A stretch of DNA of 32,000 nt from Desulfocapsa sulfexigens DSM 10523 (GTDB lineage Bacteria > Desulfobacterota > Desulfobulbia > Desulfobulbales > Desulfocapsaceae): assembly GCF_000341395.1 (NCBI RefSeq), contig NC_020304.1, positions 2,160,001-2,192,000 on the forward strand, written 5' to 3'. The position numbers and the translations under genes are program-made. Below, piece after piece: positions 26,865 through 32,000 of this stretch. The notes under the pieces were generated by a model, which saw only the letters and a list, made by a program, of their open reading frames with translations, searched no databases and was not told the origin of the DNA. Position 1 is the first letter of the stretch; each line of letters opens with the position of its first letter.

Positions 26865-28361
26865 ATGACTGCTGCAGAGTCACAAGCTATGAGCCTTCCT
26901 GAGGCTAAGGAACCGTTCAATGTAAAACGGCTGCTATTTATGTTTCTGGGGATAGGGCTGTTTTGTTTTGTCTACTATTGTCCACCCTGGCCTGACGCTA
27001 TTGATCCAATGGGAGAACATTTCGTCCTGAGTCAGCAGGCAAAGGGTGCCATCGGTGTCTTTTTGCTGGCTGCTACCTGGTGGGTTTTTGAAGTTGTGCC
27101 CATTGGTGTTACCAGTCTCACAATTGGAACGCTTCAGGCTCTTTTTATGATCCGTGATCCCAAGGTTGCCTTCAAGGATTTTATGGATCCATCGGTTCTG
27201 TTTATCTTTGGTTCCATTGTTATTGGTATGGTTTTTACTAAGACAGGTCTGACCAAGCGCATCGCCTATAAAATGCTTTCCATTGTAGGTGAAAAAACCA
27301 GCATGATTTATCTTGGCTGTTTTGTGATGACTGCGGCACTGACCCATGTCATGGCCCACACAGCCGTTGCTGCCACCATGTTCCCCCTGCTCATGGCTAT
27401 CCACGCCCTCTATTCCGATGAAGATGATCCTACAAAATTTGGCAAGGGGCTTTTTATTGGTATGGCCTATGTCGCAGGCGCCGGTAGTATCGTCACCCTG
27501 CTCGGTGCGGCACGTGGTGCTGTGGCTCTTGGATTTTACAAAGATATTATGAGTATTGATGTAAGTTTCTTTGAATTGACCTGGTATATGTTTCCCGTTG
27601 GCTGGCTTATGGTTTTTGCCCTCTGGGGATTTTTTATGCTTTTTTTTAAACCAGAACGGGCTCGTATCCCGGGTCTGAAAGAGAAGGCCGGGAGAATGTA
27701 CAGGGAACTCGGTAGCTGGAGCAGGAAAGAAATTATTACCGCTGTCGTCGTAGCCCTTGCAATCCTGGTTATTGCCTTGAAGAACTTCATACCGGCTCTT
27801 TCGGGATTGGATAAAACCGGCATTCTTCTCTGTTCAACTATAGCATTCTTTCTCTTTAATATTCTTGATATAGATGATCTTGAAGAGATTCCATGGAATA
27901 TCATTCTCCTTTTTGCCGGTGCCATGTCTATCGGGTTCTGTCTGTGGGAGACTGGCGCGGCCAAGTGGATGGCTGTCAACTGGTTGGTTCTTTTTCAGAA
28001 TGCCCCTCCAATCGTCTTTATCCTTGGTATGGCTTTCTTTGTCATGATGATGACGAACTTTATCATGAACGTGGCAGCCATAGCCATCTCCCTGCCTGTT
28101 GCCCTGGTTATTGCGCCGTATCTTGGGGTGGGTGGTGAGGTTATCCTGTTCTCTGCTCTCGTTGTTTCTGGTATGCCTTTTCTGTTACTGGTTGGTGCTG
28201 CTCCCAACGCCATTGCCTATAACTCAAAACAGTTTACCACCGCCGAGTTCTTCCTCTGGGGGCTTCCTGCCAGTGCAGTTCTTATGTTGGTTACCTGGCT
28301 CGCAGTTTCAGTTCTGTGGCCGCTGATGGGAATGGAAGTCTATGTTCCAAAAGTAATGTAA
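26865..28361 (+). CDS. DASS/SLC13-family anion (sulfate/di-tricarboxylate):Na+ symporter
   Basis: 498-aa polytopic protein with SD GAGGA. DASS-like segments are IPWNIILLFAGAMSIG and LVGAAPNAIAYNS. The substrate is not inferable. Confidence 0.8.
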   Translation: MTAAESQAMSLPEAKEPFNVKRLLFMFLGIGLFCFVYYCPPWPDAIDPMGEHFVLSQQAKGAIGVFLLAATWWVFEVVPIGVTSLTIGTLQALFMIRDPKVAFKDFMDPSVLFIFGSIVIGMVFTKTGLTKRIAYKMLSIVGEKTSMIYLGCFVMTAALTHVMAHTAVAATMFPLLMAIHALYSDEDDPTKFGKGLFIGMAYVAGAGSIVTLLGAARGAVALGFYKDIMSIDVSFFELTWYMFPVGWLMVFALWGFFMLFFKPERARIPGLKEKAGRMYRELGSWSRKEIITAVVVALAILVIALKNFIPALSGLDKTGILLCSTIAFFLFNILDIDDLEEIPWNIILLFAGAMSIGFCLWETGAAKWMAVNWLVLFQNAPPIVFILGMAFFVMMMTNFIMNVAAIAISLPVALVIAPYLGVGGEVILFSALVVSGMPFLLLVGAAPNAIAYNSKQFTTAEFFLWGLPASAVLMLVTWLAVSVLWPLMGMEVYVPKVM

Positions 28362-28412
28362 CATCGGAGTCCCTCAAAAAACAAGTAACACCGGAGTCCC
28401 TCAAAAAACAAC
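28359..28412. repeat. 27-bp tandem direct repeat, two copies with 2 mismatches, starting at the DASS stop codon
   Basis: Copy 1 is TAACATCGGAGTCCCTCAAAAAACAAG (28359-28385). Copy 2 is TAACACCGGAGTCCCTCAAAAAACAAC (28386-28412). Confidence 0.95.
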
Positions 28413-28442
28413 CTGCACACTGTGTGTGGCAGTCTGCAGGTT
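28410..28442 (+). promoter_or_regulatory. Hairpin H1 of a paralogous pair (13-bp stem, loop TGTGTGG)
   Basis: AACCTGCACACTG / TGTGTGG / CAGTCTGCAGGTT gives 12 Watson-Crick pairs plus one C-C mismatch. It is enclosed by CCCTCA (28398-28403) and TGAGGG (28450-28455). Confidence 0.8.
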
Positions 28443-28497
28443 AATTTCCTGAGGGGTTGTACCAGAAGAAATGTGATGGTATAGTTTCTTCTGCAGA

Positions 28498-28530
28498 GGC
28501 ATGCGGGCTGTGTGTGGCAGCCTGCATGCC
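28498..28530 (+). promoter_or_regulatory. Hairpin H2 of the pair (13-bp stem, loop TGTGTGG); it embeds a sigma-54-like element at 28515-28530
   Basis: GGCATGCGGGCTG / TGTGTGG / CAGCCTGCATGCC gives 12 Watson-Crick pairs plus one G-U. TGGCAGCCTGCATGCC has GG and GC in the canonical -24/-12 register. Confidence 0.8.
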
Positions 28531-28682
28531 AATCTGGCCGAAAGTTGTTTTTGGCCCTGCATATCATTTGGGAAAGGTGTGCGGAGCCAAAAATAATAAC
28601 CATGGCGGATTATACAGAACTCTACAAAGGCATTATCTGTCAGGATTCATTCAAAGAGTGTGTAAAGGGAGGAAGTGTTTTG

Positions 28683-30113
28683 ATGAAAGTATTTTATAGA
28701 TTGTTGTTACCACTTTTGGTGGTTCCTGGCATTCCGGGACTTGCGATGGCAGCGGGTGCTGCGGGAGGGGATTATATTGATCTCACCACCAGTTGGGTGG
28801 GGTATGCCTCGCTGCTGATTTTTGTAGTAGCATACGGCTTTGTCATGGCTGAAGAGTATACCCATATGCGGAAGTCCAAGCCTGTTCTACTTGCAGCAGG
28901 AATAATTTGGGGAATCATCGGTTGGGTTTATGCCAGTCACGGATTTACCCATGCTGCAGAGATGGCAGTACGACACAATATTCTTGAATACGCCGAACTC
29001 TTTCTCTTTCTCCTGGTGGCTATGACCTATATCAACGCCATGGAGGAGCGGCAGATCTTTGAAGCCCTGCGGGTTAGACTGGTCTGTGCCGGATTTTCTC
29101 TGCGCAAGATATTCTGGCTCACGGGTGTTCTTGCATTCTTTATCTCACCGGTTGCTGATAACCTGACTACCGCCCTCCTTATGTGCGCAGTCGTTATGGC
29201 CATTGGCAAAGATAATGTGAAGTTTGTCAGTCTTGCCTGTATAAATATTGTAGTTGCTGCAAATGCTGGTGGTGCCTTCAGTCCTTTTGGCGATATTACC
29301 ACCCTCATGGTGTGGCAGAAAGGTATCGTCAGCTTCGGAACCTTTTTCAACCTCTTCATACCATCCGTGGTGAACTGGCTGGTTCCCGCTGTAATTATGA
29401 GTTTTGCTGTGCCAAAAATCCAACCCGAGACATGTGAAATCAATGTCAAACTGAAACGTGGCTCTTATGTGGTTATGGGGCTCTTTCTTCTTACCATTTG
29501 CACCGCCGTATGTTTCCATAACTTTCTCCATCTGCCACCTATGATGGGAATGATGACAGGACTTGCATATCTCAAATTGTATGGTTTTTATCTGAAGAAA
29601 ACGCATAAAACCAAGGGGCAGCAATACCGAAGAAGGCAAGGGGAGGAAGATGAACAGATTGGCGATATTGTGGCCTTTGATGTGTTCAGAAATATTGCCC
29701 GGGCCGAGTGGGACACCCTGATGTTTTTCTACGGTGTCATTCTCTGTGTTGGTGGTCTTGGGTTTATCGGTTATCTGGCCGTGGTCTCCAAAATAATGTA
29801 TATCAGTTGGGGAGCGACAAGTGCTAATATCCTGGTCGGTTTTCTTTCCGCCATTGTTGACAACATCCCTGTAATGTTTGCAGTGCTCTCCATGCAACCT
29901 GATATGTCCATGGGACAGTGGTTGCTGGTGACTCTTACTGCTGGAGTCGGTGGTAGTATGCTCTCCATCGGTTCCGCTGCCGGTGTGGCCCTTATGGGAC
30001 AGGCCCGCGGAATGTATACCTTTGGTGGACATTTGAAATGGGCGCCAGCAATCGCCCTTGGCTATTTTGCCAGCATCGCAGTTCATTTCTTTGTCAACAG
30101 TCGCTTTTTCTGA
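28683..30113 (+). CDS. nhaD: NhaD-type Na+/H+ antiporter (ArsB/NhaD superfamily)
   Basis: The ORF opens at 28512. ATG 28683 has a strong SD (AGGGAGGAAG) and gives a signal-peptide-like N-terminus (MKVFYRLLLPLLVVPGIPGLAMA). Motifs are SPVADNLTTALLM, ANAGGAFSPFGDITTLMVW, SAIVDNIPVMFAVL and GVGGSMLSIGSAAGVALMG. Confidence 0.85.
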   Translation: MKVFYRLLLPLLVVPGIPGLAMAAGAAGGDYIDLTTSWVGYASLLIFVVAYGFVMAEEYTHMRKSKPVLLAAGIIWGIIGWVYASHGFTHAAEMAVRHNILEYAELFLFLLVAMTYINAMEERQIFEALRVRLVCAGFSLRKIFWLTGVLAFFISPVADNLTTALLMCAVVMAIGKDNVKFVSLACINIVVAANAGGAFSPFGDITTLMVWQKGIVSFGTFFNLFIPSVVNWLVPAVIMSFAVPKIQPETCEINVKLKRGSYVVMGLFLLTICTAVCFHNFLHLPPMMGMMTGLAYLKLYGFYLKKTHKTKGQQYRRRQGEEDEQIGDIVAFDVFRNIARAEWDTLMFFYGVILCVGGLGFIGYLAVVSKIMYISWGATSANILVGFLSAIVDNIPVMFAVLSMQPDMSMGQWLLVTLTAGVGGSMLSIGSAAGVALMGQARGMYTFGGHLKWAPAIALGYFASIAVHFFVNSRFF

Positions 30114-30290
30114 TAAGGAGCTATTGAAGAAACGCCTTCACCTTCTACCCGGTTACATCGATGTATTTTCGTGGTCGGGTAGATTAGCGTCGAAAGAGGA
30201 GTTCATATTCAGGAACCTCAAAAAAAGTACCTTTAGTTTCACATTGAAACGGAGCAGAATCTTCTGCCCCTCTGATATCATGTGTGAAAA

Positions 30291-31703
30291 ATGAAGATAG
30301 AGTCAGTACTTCAAAGCGTATCCGTATTTGGTGAGTTGCTAAATGGTATTCCACATGGGATTGCTATTTTGGGAACTGATCTCTGCATCTTGACGATGAA
30401 TCGCTATCTTGAGGCGATGACAGGGTACAGTACCGATGAAGCCAGGGGTGTTTACGGCGATTTTATCCTGCGAACAAACCTTGGTATCAAAAATCAAATA
30501 TGTGCCGAAGTGTTGAAAAGTGGCGAATCAGTTTCAATTGATGGAAATATTATCAATCGTCGTCGTAAGAAAATTCCTGTTCATTTCACTATAAGCCGTC
30601 TTCATGATGGTGAAGGTCAGCCCTCCGGAGTGCTTTTTGTTCTGGAAGACAGCTCGGTGGTAAAGGTTGAAGAATTAAGCCATCGGGAGCAATCCATCCG
30701 CTCTAAAATTCTCGGCCACAGCTCACAGATGGAAAATGTCTTTGAACTGATGACCGTGCTTGCCCGCACCGATGCTTCGGTATTAATTACCGGTGAAACC
30801 GGAACCGGTAAGGATCTGATGGCTGAGGCACTTCACAAGTCGTCGCAACGGGCACGTCAACCTTTTATCAAGGTTAATTGTGGTGCTCTTCCCGAAGCCC
30901 TCCTTGAATCAGAACTTTTTGGCCATGTTAAAGGTGCCTTTACTGGCGCTGTCAATGAAACGGCCGGTATGTTTCGTCTGGCTCATCTGGGGACAATATT
31001 CCTCACGGAAATTGGTGATCTCTCCCTGCCTCTGCAGGTCAAACTGCTCTCTGTACTTGATGATAAGGAGTTTTTTCCCGTTGGGGGGAGTAAAAAAGTT
31101 AAGGTGGACGTCCGAATTATTGCCGCAACCCATAGATCGCTCCGAGAAGAAGTGCAGCAGGGACGTTTTCGCGAAGATCTTTTCTATCGTTTGAATGTTT
31201 TGTGTCTTCATTCTCCGCCACTTAGAGAACGTGATGGCGATATTCGACTTCTTTTAGACCATTTTTTACGTCAGTTCAATGCAAAACTTGGCCGGGAGGT
31301 GACAGATTTCAGCCCCGAGGCCATCGACTTTCTGAACCAGTATAGATACCCAGGAAATGTTCGTGAACTACGCAATATTGCCGAATACTCAGCTAATATC
31401 TGTCAGGGTAGGGTGGTTGAGGTAAAAGACCTGCCAGCCTACCTCTTTCGGCCGGCGGTGAATCCTGAAATGAAAAGCAGTTCAGCTATGAGTCATCCGT
31501 TAGTGCAAAGAGAAGAGGCTGTGGCAGCGCGGGTAACAGTGCCGGCAGGTGGAACAACACCCGGAGGCTGGGTAGATGTGGAAAAAGAAATGATACTGGA
31601 TGCTCTGCGTAGCAGTGGTGGTAATAGATCGAAAGCATCTGAAATTTTGGGTTGGGGACGGACGACACTCTGGAGAAAACTAAAAAAGTATAAGATGGCT
31701 TAG
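30291..31703 (+). CDS. Sigma-54-dependent transcriptional activator (PAS sensor, AAA+ and Fis-type HTH domains)
   Basis: 470 aa. The N-terminus is PAS-like. Walker A is GETGTGKD, and ESELFGH is present. The GAFTGA sigma-54 contact loop is intact, and RFREDLFYRLNV is present. The C-terminal HTH is NRSKASEILGWGRTTLWRKLKKY. There is no receiver domain. Confidence 0.92.
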   Translation: MKIESVLQSVSVFGELLNGIPHGIAILGTDLCILTMNRYLEAMTGYSTDEARGVYGDFILRTNLGIKNQICAEVLKSGESVSIDGNIINRRRKKIPVHFTISRLHDGEGQPSGVLFVLEDSSVVKVEELSHREQSIRSKILGHSSQMENVFELMTVLARTDASVLITGETGTGKDLMAEALHKSSQRARQPFIKVNCGALPEALLESELFGHVKGAFTGAVNETAGMFRLAHLGTIFLTEIGDLSLPLQVKLLSVLDDKEFFPVGGSKKVKVDVRIIAATHRSLREEVQQGRFREDLFYRLNVLCLHSPPLRERDGDIRLLLDHFLRQFNAKLGREVTDFSPEAIDFLNQYRYPGNVRELRNIAEYSANICQGRVVEVKDLPAYLFRPAVNPEMKSSSAMSHPLVQREEAVAARVTVPAGGTTPGGWVDVEKEMILDALRSSGGNRSKASEILGWGRTTLWRKLKKYKMA

Positions 31704-31720
31704 AGGGGGAGAAGAGGGAT

Positions 31721-32000
31721 ATGAAGATTATGATTACAACCCGTGGCGATTTTGTCTCCCCACGTTTTGATTCGAGTTCAGAGGTGCTGATCGCAAGTTA
31801 TTACGATCAACAATTAATGGAGGAACCGCGCTCTTTACTTCTGAGTAATGTCTCTGCTGAGATACTCTGTGATCTTGCCTTGAAAGAGAATGTTGCCATC
31901 GTTGTGTGTGGGGGGATTGAGGAGGAGCATTACCAGTTTCTAACCTGGAAAAAAATAGTAGTAATCGATTCAGTGATCGGGCCCCATGAAGCAGTACTGG
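31721..32000 (+). CDS. NifB/NifX-family (dinitrogenase FeMo-cofactor-binding-like) small protein, N-terminal part; the CDS runs off the right edge
   Basis: Open-ended, so absent from the ORF track. SD GAGGGGGAG precedes the start. The translation is MKIMITTRGDFVSPRFDSSSEVLIASYYDQQLMEEPRSLLLSNVSAEILCDLALKENVAIVVCGGIEEEHYQFLTWKKIVVIDSVIGPHEAVL with no stop. The pattern kI.i....g.vs.hF......li......VvCGGI......L....I.V is typical of this family. Confidence 0.6.
   Translation, partial: MKIMITTRGDFVSPRFDSSSEVLIASYYDQQLMEEPRSLLLSNVSAEILCDLALKENVAIVVCGGIEEEHYQFLTWKKIVVIDSVIGPHEAVL

Noticed and set aside
28427-28442. Hairpin H1 read as a second sigma-54 promoter (TGGCAGTCTGCAGGTT).
   Set aside because: The -12 position reads GT rather than GC in the canonical register. 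The only GC dinucleotides occur at non-canonical spacing.
28512-28682. The 57-codon N-terminal extension of the nhaD ORF (start 28512, or ATG 28602).
   Set aside because: The extension is Cys/Lys-rich and non-hydrophobic. It overlaps hairpin H2 and lacks an SD. ATG 28683 has a strong AGGGAGGA SD and gives a typical signal-like N-terminus.
29145-30086. A 313-aa ORF antisense to nhaD. Similar cases are a 268-aa ORF antisense to mrdA at 6346-7152 and a 147-aa ORF antisense to gltA at 18049-18492.
   Set aside because: In all three cases the antisense codons are exactly aligned with the sense codons (the coordinates share the same modulo-3 phase). Antisense stops can then arise only from sense TTA, CTA or TCA codons. 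The translations are compositionally odd (His/Gly/Lys-rich mirror images of hydrophobic proteins) and lack motifs or SD sites. They are best explained as shadow ORFs.
30141-30178. CTACCCG...CGGGTAG stem with an internal ACATCGATGT palindrome after nhaD, considered as a terminator.
   Set aside because: The stem is only 7 bp, the loop is 24 nt, and there is no U-tract. It could be a protein-binding dyad, but evidence is insufficient.

Overview
This window looks like an ordinary chromosomal, mostly housekeeping region with moderate GC by eye. I found no CRISPR array, IS element or transposase, integrase, or rRNA. The gene content (sigma-54 wiring, a NifX-like small protein, DASS and NhaD transporters) is reminiscent of Desulfobacterota-type anaerobes, but taxonomy cannot be established from this window.

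Gene order, left to right:
- Partial TauE/SafE permease (-).
- ExeA-like AAA+/SPOR protein (+).
- tRNA-Ala(GGC) (-).
- Complete elongasome operon mreB-mreC-mreD-mrdA(PBP2)-rodA (+).
- Small membrane proteins.
- Minus-strand operon hemH / C-terminal J-domain protein / RCK-gated K+ channel.
- HPF-cold-shock-domain fusion behind a long leader.
- nadA, polA, gltA (-), and thiE translationally coupled to a Cys-rich protein.
- hflC-hflK and a rhomboid protease (-).
- A sigma-54-associated block: near-consensus -24/-12 promoter, cytidylate-kinase-like/BON/receiver protein, single-domain receiver, CBS protein, DASS anion symporter, a structured 321-nt spacer, NhaD antiporter, PAS sigma-54 activator, and a partial NifX-like gene.

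The most unusual sequence-level signal is that spacer upstream of nhaD. It holds a 27-bp tandem duplication and two paralogous 13-bp-stem hairpins with identical UGUGUGG loops and compensatory stem changes. One hairpin also embeds a sigma-54-like -24/-12 element.

Other points worth follow-up are the HPF-CSD fusion, the hemH-overlapping J-domain gene, and the kinase-less receiver pair. All functional calls come from reading motifs by eye; no searches were run.
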